A stretch of 63,002 nt of DNA, counting the filler, from Octopus bimaculoides (taxonomy: Eukaryota), in assembly GCF_001194135.2 (NCBI RefSeq). It is 8 parts of 7 records of this genome, joined end to end, with 100 filler letters (N's around TTAATTAATTAA, not from the genome) between each part and the next. Parts side by side here need not be neighbours in the genome. Positions count along the whole stretch, not along the records: positions 17,329 to 27,292 come from NC_068997.1; positions 27,393 to 31,242 come from NC_069009.1; positions 31,343 to 37,222 come from NW_026394485.1; positions 37,323 to 41,940 come from NC_069008.1; 4 more parts are not named here. One strand, given 5' to 3'. The notes under the pieces were generated by a model that made no database searches, had not been told where the DNA came from, and saw only the letters and a program-made list of their open reading frames with translations. Of the stretch, positions 26,231 to 37,643 are shown one piece after another. Position 1 is the first letter of the stretch, and each line of letters starts with the position of its first letter. A program made the translations under genes and the position numbers.

Positions 26231-27069
26231 ATTTGCTGTGCTATTTGAATATTTCTCGATTTAAACAATAGAAAATAACATATTACTGGCTTCTAGGTCT
26301 TGTTAATGTTATGTAAATATGTAGATTGTATTGTATAACGTTCGGCAAATACTGGTGATCGTAGTGGTGATGGATACGGTGCTGGTGTGGTGGTGGTAGT
26401 GGCGAGTAAATAAAAAAGAAAAAGAAACAGGTGTAGGGATGAAATGGAGGTGAGTGGGTGAACGTTGTAGTAACGGTGTTAGAGCTCTGAGTTGGTTGGT
26501 GTAGGATAGTTGAGTTTTAGATTATAAGATTTTTAATATAAATTCGTGGTGATGGTGTTGGTAGTGGGGGTGGGGGGGCTGATTGTTGATAAGTCTGTTC
26601 CAGTGTCTTCGTGTGTGTGTATTTGAATGGGAGAGCGACTGGTAGAAATAGAGAGGGAGAGTCAGAAACAGCGAGCTAGTGAGTGTGTATATGTGTGTGT
26701 CTATCTGAATACCATAAAGAAGTGTGATGGTCAAGTAATTTTTGCATATCAGATCAGATTTTCCGTTTTGTTCTGATATTTTCGCCTCATTGCCAGTCGT
26801 CTATCTCCCCCCCCCTTCTCATTCTCGTAACAAATATTGATTTCCTTTTCCTCCTCTTACTTCTACTTTTCATTTACCCCTTGAGACAATAGTTGTCCAC
26901 CCATAGTTGAATTTCTTTGATAGTCTGCACAACTTTATTAAAACTGTTACGTTATATATATATTTCATTTTTTCATTTTCATTTTATCTAGTTTCAGCTC
27001 ATGAGCTGTGGCCATGCTGGGGCACCGCCATTTGGTGTTGCTACACACTTTTACTTCACAAATTTTACT

Positions 27070-27292
27070 CCAGGAATTGACATTTGGTGCATGAGAGAGT
27101 TTGATGCAGCTACTCTCATCTGCGCCTCCTGCCGTGAAGTTGGTTCATCTGGGACACCTGACAGGAAGAGGTCCAGCCTTGTCTTGAATACACCTACATC
27201 CACCGCATGCAGGTCTCTCAAGTCCTTCGGGAGGATATTGAAGAGCTGTGGACCTTTGAAGCCCAGCCTATTGCAGTATCTTGTCCTACATC
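27070..27292 (-). mobile_element. CR1/L2-clade LINE ORF2 3' end
   Basis: CRTRYCNRLGFKGPQLFNILPKDLRDLHAVDVGVFKTRLDLFLSGVPDEP..RVAASNSLMHQ, typical of the C-terminus of CR1-like ORF2. Truncated by a gap. Confidence 0.75.
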
Positions 27293-27751
27293 NNNNNNNN
27301 NNNNNNNNNNNNNNNNNNNNNNNNNNNNNNNNNNNNTTAATTAATTAANNNNNNNNNNNNNNNNNNNNNNNNNNNNNNNNNNNNNNNNNNNNTGTGTTTG
27401 TCCCCCCCAATATCACTTGACAACCGATGCTGGTGTGTTTATGTCCCCGTAACTTAGCGGTTTGGCAAAAAGAGACCGATAGAATAAGTACTTAGGCTTA
27501 CAAAGAATAAGTCCTGGGGTCGATTTGCTCGACTAAAGGCGGTGCTCCAGCATGGCTGCAGTCAAATGACTGAAACAAGTAAAAGAGTAAAGAGGTTGAT
27601 AAAATAAGTACCAGGTGAGCACTGGGATCTATGCAATCAACTTACCCACACTCTGAAATTGCCGGCCTTGTGCCAAAATTGGAAACCCATTATTATCATC
27701 TTTTTTTTTTTTTTTTTATCATTGCTGTTGTTATTTTTTTTATGTTTCCAG

Positions 27752-27991
27752 GAGATAGACGAAACATTGGCCGAGAGGATAATTGGCCTGTCCGAGATGT
27801 TCCCCGAAAGCCTACGCAACACGACCTGTTCGTTGTGCAGCTTATCGCTCAATTACGCAAGGTTGTTGTACAGTCTCACTCGGTCAGTGGCATGGATCTT
27901 CGTGTCTTCGGCGACCATTATCGTACTCCCAGCCCTGTTCGAATCCGAAAGGGCTCAGGCACAAGAGCAGCAACTTCAGCAACAAAGACAG
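27752..27991 (+). CDS. TOMM22: Mitochondrial import receptor subunit TOM22, internal coding exon (80 aa, phase 0-0)
   Basis: Translates to EIDETLAERIIGLSEMFPESLRNTTCSLCSLSLNYARLLYSLTRSVAWIFVSSATIIVLPALFESERAQAQEQQLQQQRQ. This matches the TOM22 signature DETLxERxxGLxEMFP, the TM segment WIxxSSxxIxxLPxxFExE and the Q-rich IMS tail. Acceptor tttccag| and donor CAG|gtaaac. Confidence 0.95.
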
Positions 27992-27997
27992 GTAAAC

Positions 27998-28049
<52 letters not shown>

Positions 28050-28050
<1 letters not shown>

Positions 28051-28630
28051 GAGTGAGAGTGCAGTGCATGCCATCAAAGTGACAGTGGGGTAAAATATAC
28101 GAAAGCCCATTATACCCATCATGACTACCCGTCTGATAAGGGTACACCAGGCACATGCATCACAACCATATGTGCACGACATAGTGATCTCATATCAAGA
28201 TAAACAGCGCATGACCTCACAGGTGGGGCCCAGTTAGAATTTTCTTCATGTCGAGTAGCCCATCCCACTCAAAAGGTCCCTGAATAAGGTTTGTTTAAGG
28301 ATGTTGAGCAAAACACCCATGTTTCCAAAGGTGAATTATCCAAACCCCAAAGAATTCCTCTCAACACATGGTTATGATGCTCCCCCACTACTTCTGATCC
28401 TTCTCCACTACTTCTGCTCATGATCAGAGATACACATATCGTCAGCCACCAAGGGACATGCTCAACTGGTTAAGGTCAAACAACTGACAATCAAATCTGG
28501 TATTGAGCAGAATATTTGCTGTAGCCCATCTTTTTATACCAAGACAAAACAATGTACATGATAACACTTCCAATCAATTAAGATCAGAAGCCATGAGAGC
28601 CACTGCCTGGTACTGCATCCGGGCATTTAT
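28050..28630. mobile_element. Unclassified ~580 bp interspersed-repeat-like insert flanked by (ATT)n in the TOM22 intron
   Basis: Abrupt composition change between (ATT)n tracts and no convincing ORF. It resembles a retroelement UTR or SINE, but no second copy was seen in this window. Confidence 0.4.
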
Positions 28631-28906
28631 TATTTTTTATTATTATTATTATCATCATCTTCATCATTATTAATGCAGTGAACTGGTAGAATTGTTAGTA
28701 TGCTGGGCGAAATGCTGAGCAGTAATTGGTCTGTTGCTACGTTCTGAGTTCAAATTCCACTGAGGTCGATTTTGCCTTTCATCTTTTCAGGGTCAATAAA
28801 TTAAGTACCAGTTACGCACTGGGGTTGATGTAATCAACTAGACCCCTACCCCAAAATTTCAGGCCTTGTGCCTTTAGTAGAGAGGATTATGATTATTATT
28901 ATTAGC

Positions 28907-29260
28907 AGAAACCTGTTCCTGTCCCTTCTATCATACTTTTACCTCTCAACACCTAATACAAAGTCACCCACCCTTATATAATGTTAGGTGGCCATGTATC
29001 TCCTCTCCAGAGAGAAACCTGTTCCTGTCCCTTCTATCATACTTTAAGCCCTCAACACCTAACATAAAACCACCCACCCTTATATAATGTGAGGTGGACA
29101 TGTATCTTCTCTCCAGCAAGAAAGTATGATAGAAGGGACAGGAACAGGTGTCTTACTGTGAGGAAGATACATAGCTACTTTCCATTATATAAGGGTGGGT
29201 GGCTTTATCTTAGAAGTTGAGAGGTTAACTTACAAGGGGGACAAGAACAAGTTTCTTGCT
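28907..29260. repeat. Two direct ~105 bp units followed by inverted copies, in the TOM22 last intron
   Basis: aaacctgttcctgtcccttctatcatactt occurs twice, then as its reverse complement at about 29124-29150. ccacccacccttatataatg is also inverted at about 29185. Confidence 0.8.
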
Positions 29261-29552
29261 GTGTAGGGTCATATAAACACACCGATATTGGTGTGTTTCT
29301 GCTCTCATAACTTAGCAGTTTGGCAAAAGAGAACAATAGAATAAGTGCCAGGGTTTGAAAAACAAAAAAAAATATAGGGGTCAATTCACGTGACTAAAAA
29401 AAATTCTTGAAGGTGGTGTTGCCCCAGCATAGTTGCAGTCTAATGAGTGAAACAAGTAAAAGAACAAAGATCTCTCTCTCCTTCTGTCTTTCTCTCCCTC
29501 CTTCTGTCTCTCTCTCTCTCCCTCTCACTTTGTTTTTATTCTTTATTTTTAG

Positions 29553-29636
29553 ATCCTTCTTGGCCCAAATGCTGCTGTGTCTGGTTCCGCGCCTGGGTTA
29601 CTTCCTGGAGTTGGGAGTGCCCCACCGAGAGTCTAA
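29553..29636 (+). CDS. TOMM22: TOM22 terminal coding exon (ILLGPNAAVSGSAPGLLPGVGSAPPRV*)
   Basis: Polypyrimidine tract plus tttag| acceptor, phase 0. ILLGPN follows QQRQ as in animal TOM22 proteins. Stop TAA at 29634-29636. Confidence 0.92.
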   Translation: MLLGPNAAVSGSAPGLLPGVGSAPPRV

Positions 29637-30138
29637 TGAGAGAGGTTGAATCTGTGCATCACTTACTCATCATGTGTAGTCACCATTTTTTATTATTATT
29701 ATTATTATTATTAGGATGATGATTATTATAATTTATTTATTATTATTATTGTTTAGGCTGTCAGATTATTTTAATTAAATATTATTTCGCTCACAGATAT
29801 TTGCTGTTCGTTGTTGTCGATTTATATTCTGCTGTTTTTTTTGTTTTTTTTTCTTAAATCTGTCTTTTCCCTATGGCTATGGTGTCTGCACACTGCACAA
29901 TCCAACACACTTGCTCTCCCACTGACTTATTTGCCATTTGCTAGTTGGATATATACGAGTGGGTGATTAGTTAATTATTGGAGTGGGTGTGTGGTAAGTA
30001 GCTTGCTTACCAACCACATGGTTCCGGGTTCATTCCCACTGCGTGGCACCTTGGGCAAGTGTCTTCTACTATAGCCTCGGGCCGACCAAATCCTTGTGAG
30101 TGGATTTGGTAGACGGAAACTGAAAGAAGCCCGTCGTA

Positions 30139-30169
<31 letters not shown>

Positions 30170-31624
30170 NNNNNNNNNNNNNNNNNNNNNNNNNNNNNNN
30201 NNNNNNNNNNNNNNNNNNNNNNNNNNNNNNNNNNNNNNNNNNNNNNNNNNNNNNNNNNNNNNNNNNNNNNNNNNNNNNNNNNNNNNNNNNNNNNNNNNNN
30301 NNNNNNNNNNNNNNNNNNNNNNNNNNNNNNNNNNNNNNNNNNNNNNNNNNNNATAGAATAAGTACTAGGCTTCCAAAGAATAAGTCCTGGGGTCGATTTG
30401 CTCGATTAAAAGGCGGTGCTCCAGCATGGCTGCAGTCAAATGACTGAAACAAGTAAAAGAGTAACGTATTCCCCTCTCAAATTCACACTCTCATTGCAGT
30501 GGCCCTTCAGTTTTTCTAACCCCTGTAAAAGAACTCGGATGGTTAGGCCGCCATCCAGGCCTTTCACTATACCTTTAACCCTTTGGTGTTCAGATTACTC
30601 TGTTAAATGTAATACTTTTTCACTCAAATTGTTTTGAATTAATCATGCATTATCTTATAGCTTTGAGGTTTCATTCAGAGGTACAGCCCCCTAAAAATCC
30701 CCTGCGTATTATACTCGAGGATTTACGTCTGTATGTACATCTAGATGTATATTCACGTGTTTTCAAATTCGTGAAGATTTATAAAACTTAAATACGCAAT
30801 ACAAATATTTAGGTGTGACCGAGTTCTCTCCCTTTTACTAATGGACGTCTTGTCTTTCCTTTTCAGTGCGATCGATCGATAATCGCTGAAACGCGTCAGG
30901 CGATACTCGGCGTCTCTAAAACCCCCAAGGGACTCCGAACTGAAGCATCTACATCAGGGGTGGGGAGAACACCGCCCGAGAGCCCATTTTGTTGCGGCCA
31001 TGCTGGAGCACCGCCTTTAGTCGAGCAAATCGACCCCCCAGGACTTATTCTTTGTAAGCCTAGTACTTATTCTATCGGGTCCCTTTTTTGCCGAACCGCT
31101 AAGTTATGGGGACGTGAACACACCAACATCGGTTGTCAAACGATGTTGGGGGTACAAACACACAGAGACACGGAAACTGAAAGAAGACCGTCGTATATAT
31201 GTATATATATATATGTGTGTGTGTATGTTTGTCCCCCCCCCCNNNNNNNNNNNNNNNNNNNNNNNNNNNNNNNNNNNNNNNNNNNNTTAATTAATTAANN
31301 NNNNNNNNNNNNNNNNNNNNNNNNNNNNNNNNNNNNNNNNNNAATATATATATATGTGTGTGTGTATATATATATCTATATATATAAGTAGTAGTAAATA
31401 GGTGATATGTAATTCACTTTATTGGGTACAACATCATCATCCATTTATACATTTGGTACAATTTCTTCATATATATCTTTTAAATTTACCTGTGGGAAAC
31501 ATTTTGATTATGCAGATAAAGCTCTTATTCCACTGTGCAAGCAGCAGTCCAATGATGCTGACTGGCGAACCAATATTTTGGGGTTGCTTTGAGCTGTACC
31601 GACATAATGTAGAATTAACATAGT

Positions 31625-31876
31625 AATAATGATAATCCTTGGATGGAATTTATAAACATTTAATGCATCACTAAGTGTACTTCCACAAATCATATGTCTC
31701 TTATGATCAGTCTATATTCTTGGGAATCCATGAAGATGATCTACCCAATGCCAAATGGACTACATTGTAATTATCCCAGGAATACGGACTGTGATCTTAA
31801 GAGACATCTGATTTGTGGAAATGCATGCAGCAATGCATTAAACATTAACAAATTCCATCTAAGGATTATTGTTATT
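31625..31876. repeat. Diverged foldback with arms of about 100 bp
   Basis: aataatgataatccttggatggaattt..ttccacaaatcatatgtctctta..ttggga pairs with tcccagg..taagagacatctgatttgtggaa..aaattccatctaaggattattgttatt. Confidence 0.8.
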
Positions 31877-32023
31877 ATTGCTATATATATATATATATAT
31901 ATATATGTAGTAGAAAATATAGAGAAAGTTCTTGGTACTTTATTATATATATTTGAAAGAATGAGTACAAATGGTTCTTTTGAGGGGAGAATCATAATAA
32001 TAATGTTTACAATAAGTTATGAG

Positions 32024-32154
32024 TTACCCTGATATGAGTTTGAGCTTCAAGTAGCCATTTCCAAACTGAAAAACGTATATTTTACTGATTGCTTAAATCG
32101 CAAATGATTTCTTTCTTACCAGCCACTTGAAGCTCAAAACTCATATCAGAGTAA
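32024..32154. repeat. Small foldback/MITE-like element with ~30 bp inverted ends
   Basis: ttaccctgatatgagtttgagcttcaagt ... acttgaagctcaaaactcatatcagagtaa. Confidence 0.75.
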
Positions 32155-32207
32155 TTAAGTATAAACATTAAACACTATCCCCTCAAAAAAATCATCTCTA
32201 CTTATTC

Positions 32208-32244
<37 letters not shown>

Positions 32245-32517
32245 NNNNNNNNNNNNNNNNNNNNNNNNNNNNNNNNNNNNNNNNNNNNNNNNNNNNNNNN
32301 NNNNNNNNNNNNNNNNNNNNNNNNNNNNNNNNNNNNNNNNNNNNNNNNNNNNNNNNNNNNNNATATTCTAAACAAAACTGTCCAACGAAAGGGAATGTGA
32401 AACTTTGAGTAACAGTTTTTGTGATATTTCTACTGCTTTTCTATAAAGCATATTACTCTGCCTCTGGTATTTGAGTACTATTTTTTCCACCTTGTTTCGC
32501 GTTTATGTCCTTACTCC

Positions 32518-32562
<45 letters not shown>

Positions 32563-32864
32563 TTCTTTATTTATTTATAGGACTACATTCTCCAGTGTGT
32601 TCTTCCTTTTTCTAAAATAAAAGAAAGCTGAAGGAGATTTAGTTTGTATTTCTAGCAGGTTGAGTGGCTTATTGGTTCACATGCACTCTGTACTATTCTT
32701 ATATTATTATATCCATATTTTTTATTATCTTTAATGAGTATTGAAAGAAAAAAATAACTCTATAGGAAATCTATTAGTGGAATCTTCCATAGTGGTACTA
32801 TGCTTTTGCATGCCATCACTCAATTAAAGAACACAACAAAAATATGACAATCTAAGAACACAGT

Positions 32865-33090
32865 TTACATTCCACATATGATTTCCCATGTAACTGTGTG
32901 CTTAGATGAGACAGGATGACCACTCCTGATTGCTTTGAAAGAACACAAGGGACCTACCATTTGCAGAGAAGTTGAAAAAGCCTGCAATGGCATAACAAAC
33001 CAAAATGTCAATGTCATTAACAACAGACAAATTACAAACAGGACTAAATTCAATGTGCATCTATGACCCCATTCCATAAATAGAAATAGA
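32865..33090 (+). mobile_element. Highly degenerate PLE GIY-YIG fragment
   Basis: VYIPHMISHVTVCLDETG*PLLIALKEHK..EVEK..INRN resembles the pattern VYxIPCxC..YIGETGRxLxxRxKEH..lNRD. Confidence 0.45.
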
Positions 33091-34069
33091 TGATCCAACA
33101 TTAACCAAAAAACTGTTTGATGATAAAAGGAAAGTTTTGTGTAATAAATATGGTCAGTATTTTTTTTGTTACTTGTTTCTGTCATTGAACTGCAGTCATG
33201 CTGGGGCACCATCTTGAAAGCTTTTAGTTGAATAAATCGATCCTGATAATTTTTTTTTTCTGTTACTTATCCTATCAGTCTCTCTTTTCACACTGCTAAG
33301 TTATGGTGACATAAACAAACAAACACTGGTTATCAAGCAGAGGTGGGGGACAAACACAAAAATACACACACATATAAAATATATGTGATAGGCTTCCACA
33401 CAGTTTTCACAGTTTTCATCAACAAAATTCACTCACAAGGCATTGGTTGGCATGGGGCTATAATAAAAGACACTTGCCCAAGGTGCCACATAGTGAAACT
33501 GTAATCAAAATCATGTGATTACAAAAGGAGCTTGTTAACCACACAACTATGCCTGTGCCTAAATATGAATATAGTTTTCCTTATACCTATTATACCCATA
33601 TATATTTAAAAGAGTGAATATAATTCTACTGCATTTTGTTTAAAAACTGAATACAAAGATATTTAGAATGAATCTATAGATTACCAAGGAAATATCTTGC
33701 AAGTATTAGTTTATTTCTAAACTTTTTAAATGTTTGTATTCAGGGGTAGGCAGTGCCCATGATCTATTTGTGGGCCTCTGAGACTGGTGAGAGGGAAGGA
33801 GGAAGGGAGATAGCCTCAAACTAGATATGTAGCCCAAGACCTTGCAAAGGAGTGGGCTCTACTGAAGGTACCCCAAGTGCCAGGTGATAATATTAAACCA
33901 GGTGACAGATAAGGTCTACCATTCAAAAGTACCCAAATATTCCTACCATTCAAATAACTTGTTCAAAAAAACCAAAATCTCATACAACAAAATATAGCAA
34001 TTTATTGAGGTTTTGCATAAACATCACTGAGAAAATATTTGCACTTCCAAGCTTCAATAGTTTCTGTGA

Positions 34070-35300
34070 TCATCATCATCGTCTAACGTCCGCTTTCCAT
34101 GCTGGCATGGGTTGGACGATTTGACTGAGGACTGGTGAACCAGATGGCTACACCAGGCTCCAATCTGATTTGGCAGAATTTCTACAGCTGGATGCCCTTC
34201 CTAATGTCAACCACTCTGAGAGTGTGATATAAGAAAGAATTCAAGAAAACAAAGCAAAATCATGACATAATTAATGCGAGATACTTGATGAAAGTGAGAT
34301 GCAAGAATAAGAACTGTCAGAGTTTCACTTGTTGTGGCTCTTAGGCTATAATGTATGGTTGTGTGGGTCATAAGTTTGCTTCCTAACCACGTGGTTTTGA
34401 ATTCAGTCTCACTGAGTAGCACAGGTGTCTTCTATTATAGTCCTGGGTTTACCAAAGCCTTGTGAATGGACTTATTAGATGGAAACAGAAAAAAACCCCA
34501 TCATCATCATCATTTAACATATATGTTTCATGTTGGCATGGTTGGATGGTTTGGCAGAATCTGATAGTCTTGAAGAAGACATCCTGCTCATGTCTGCTTT
34601 GGCATAATTTGTACAGCTGGATGCCCTTCCTAATGCCAAACAAGTTTCAATGTGTACTGTGTGCCCTATGGGGGTAGCAGTACAAATGAGGTCAACATAC
34701 AGTGTGCAAGACTAAGATCCCCTTTAACTGAATGGGGATATAGTAGAGAGGGAGGAGGCTTTATGCTAGGAGATGATGGGTTAAAACATGAGAAAAGGGG
34801 CCAAAACAGGTTTCTGACTGTAGAAGATCTAGGTGACTATTCACATTATAGAAGAGAGGGTGATATCAGCCTCTCTTCTATAATGTGTGTTGCCATCTAG
34901 CTCTTCTTCAGTGAGAAACCTGTTTTGTTCAGACCCCTTTTCTTACAATCATACGAATGTGTGAGTGTGTAAATTCAATCATCATCATTTAACATCTACC
35001 TTCCATGCTGGCTGGCATTGCTTGAATGATTTGACAGGATCCAATGAGCAAGCTACAAAGGTTTCTATGGCTGGATGCCTTTCCTAAAGCCAACCATTTT
35101 ACAGAGTGTACTGGGTGCTTTATCTGTGACACCAGCATTAGAAAGGTTAAACTTGTAAGACAAAAGAAAACATCCTCATTGAGTACAATTGCGGTAGAGG
35201 AGAAAGGGGCTTTATGCCAGGTGTTGAGATGCTTAAATATGACAGAGAGACAAGCACTGGTGTCTTCTTATAAGAAGTGATACATGGACACTCTGCATAC
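34070..35300 (-). mobile_element. Cluster of three related LINE-tail/SINE-like repeats ending in (GAT)n on the - strand
   Basis: Recurrent catcatc..ttaac..ttccatgctggcatgggttggacg..tacagctggatgcccttccta at about 34070, 34500 and 34980. Confidence 0.6.
34791..34943. repeat. Hairpin with arms of about 70 bp, related to the 28907-29260 repeat
   Basis: agaaaagggg..aaacaggtttct..cacattatagaagagagg / cctctcttctataatgtg..agaaacctgttt..ccccttttct. Confidence 0.8.
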
Positions 35301-36189
35301 TGGGTAGAAGTAACTGGAAAGAAGATAAAGATGTTGGTAATTAGGTGCCAGAGCATACTTTCAAGGTACAAGAAAGTGAGTATAAGAGAGGAATGCTGGA
35401 TGGATAGATTCATAAGAGTGTAAGAAGAGAGTGACTGTTGGTTAGAGATGGAAATAAAAGTTAATGTAGTGAATGATATACAAAAACGAAGATGTGGCTG
35501 ATAGTAAATATCAGTATGGGAGAGGAAGGTAAAAGAAATAACTTGGAAAGGTGATATGTGACAGTACAGGAAAGGTGGAGGCTGACAATAAAATAGACTT
35601 GTAGATAGATCAGAAAATAGGGAGATGACGTGGGAGAGTGGGAGGAGAGAGATGTACAGGGACACAAAGAAGAGAAGGTGGTCAAAGGTCTGTAGTGGTG
35701 GCTGTAGTGAGAGACAGAAGTGGTAGAAGGCTGTCAGTGGCAGGTATGAAGTATGGAAGTCCTAAGATGTAGTTCAGAGGAGAGGGAGGGATAACTGGAG
35801 GTACAGAAAGGAGTGATCAGTGGAAAATAAAGTAGGAAGGGATGATATTGAGAATGAGGGATGGGTGTTAAAGGAAGTGGTTCCAGGGAGAGTGGGAGGT
35901 AATTAGTAGTGCAAGGGAGTATGAAAGATGCACAGATTCTGCTCTAAAATGAATACATATTGTCATTGTTAGAAATGCATTGGAATGATGCATATTAGGA
36001 ATATGAGAAGTGGGGAGAATCAGACAGAGATAGACTTGGTGCAAGGGCAGGCCCAGTGAGTATCTAGAAATAAGCATAATACTTTCAAGACATCATGTTC
36101 AACATGATGCAAGAGTCTTCATGAGCACAGTAAAATACCAATCATCTCAGACTTCTGCCATCTCTATGAAGCTCAACATCTTGAAATCA

Positions 36190-36380
36190 GTTTTCACTAC
36201 TTTGTCCCAATGTTTTCCTGAGTCTCCCACTTCCACAAGTTCCATCCACTTTAAATGACTGGAACTTCGTTACACAGCTGTCATCATCCATACACATCAC
36301 ATGACCAAACCAACACAGCCTTCTACATCTGAGTGATTCCTATTATGCCTCAATTAACTCTGTCTGATGCATGCAAGTAA
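36190..36380 (-). mobile_element. RTE LINE ORF C-terminal fragment
   Basis: SLRCRRLCWFGHVMCMDDDSCVTK..VDGTCGSGRLRKT matches the RTE motif RRLRWxGHVxRM..GRGRPRKTW. Confidence 0.75.
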
Positions 36381-36756
36381 GGAAAAAAAGACATTAAACC
36401 ATGATGATAATGGTAATAATGATACATAGAGATACACAGAGAGAAAGAAATACAGATAACTATACATAAACACATATGTAAACATAACTATATATAGTTA
36501 TGCACATATATTCAACACACACACATACATGTATACATATGTATATTATAATTCATCCAACAAATGTGATGAAGACCAAACTACTGCAAATAATAAATAA
36601 TTGCATGAGAGAAAGAAGTGAAGATGAAAACAAAAAAGATGCTCTAAAATTATGTTCATATCCTGTCTCAAAATGCAGGCTACTCCCTTTGATCCTCCCC
36701 TGCCACCTTGCTCCTCTGTTGTCTTTTCTGCCAGTATGTATCCTCTTGCTCCCTTT

Positions 36757-36981
36757 CTACCCTTGGGTTTGCTCAACAAAAATTTGATTTATCCTATCAC
36801 CATCTTCATACACTTTGCACACACTTTCCGTATCTTCCAATATACCAAACAGCTGTACAACTGAAACTTTATCTTCATCGCCTGCAACACATGCCTTAAC
36901 CTGTTTGATTTCCCTCGAATGCTCTTTCGATACATCCATGTTAGAAAGGGATTTAATCAAAGAAAGTTTAATTCCATTATT
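36757..36981 (-). CDS. Candidate coding exon of an unidentified minus-strand gene
   Basis: ttattttacag| acceptor, then 74 open codons: NNGIKLSLIKSLSNMDVSKEHSREIKQVKACVAGDEDKVSVVQLFGILEDTESVCKVYEDGDRINQIFVEQTQG*. The other two frames close early. No family recognised. Confidence 0.3.
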   Translation of the reverse strand, partial: NNGIKLSLIKSLSNMDVSKEHSREIKQVKACVAGDEDKVSVVQLFGILEDTESVCKVYEDGDRINQIFVEQTQG

Positions 36982-37187
36982 CTGTAAAATAATATTTAAT
37001 TAGTTTAAATGTACACGAATGCATAAAAATAAAGTTACTAATCATTGCTTTGAATGCACACAGATTACTGAATGGTGTCAGGTCTACTAGTCAGTGAGTA
37101 AAAAGATAATGTGCAAGGGAGGTAAGTAGTTCTGGATTTGGTGCAATTAGGGTAGATATAGATATGTATACTAATACATATATATAT

Positions 37188-37222
<35 letters not shown>

Positions 37223-37643
37223 NNNNNNNNNNNNNNNNNNNNNNNNNNNNNNNNNNNNNNNNNNNNTTAATTAATTAANNNNNNNNNNNNNNNNNNNNNN
37301 NNNNNNNNNNNNNNNNNNNNNNATGGGAGCAGTTGGTAGCTAGAAGAGAAGCTAGGAAACAGGACAGTTTAACAAGGAAAAAGCAGAGTAAAAAGAGGAC
37401 CAAAAGTATGAGGTATTCTGGTTTGCAGAAACTGACATTTTGGATGTGTGTGCAGATGGATAATTGCAGACTTACATTCAGTGATTCTGAAAAGAAAGAG
37501 GCATAGAAGTGCAAATAAGAAAGGTTACTCAAAGGTCACTGTTTTAAGACCATTGTCAAGATCAAGAGTGACTAGCAGAAGGTCCTCAACCCACAGAAAA
37601 GGACTTTCAGACGAAATTCCTAAAGTGACAGAACACAACCAGA

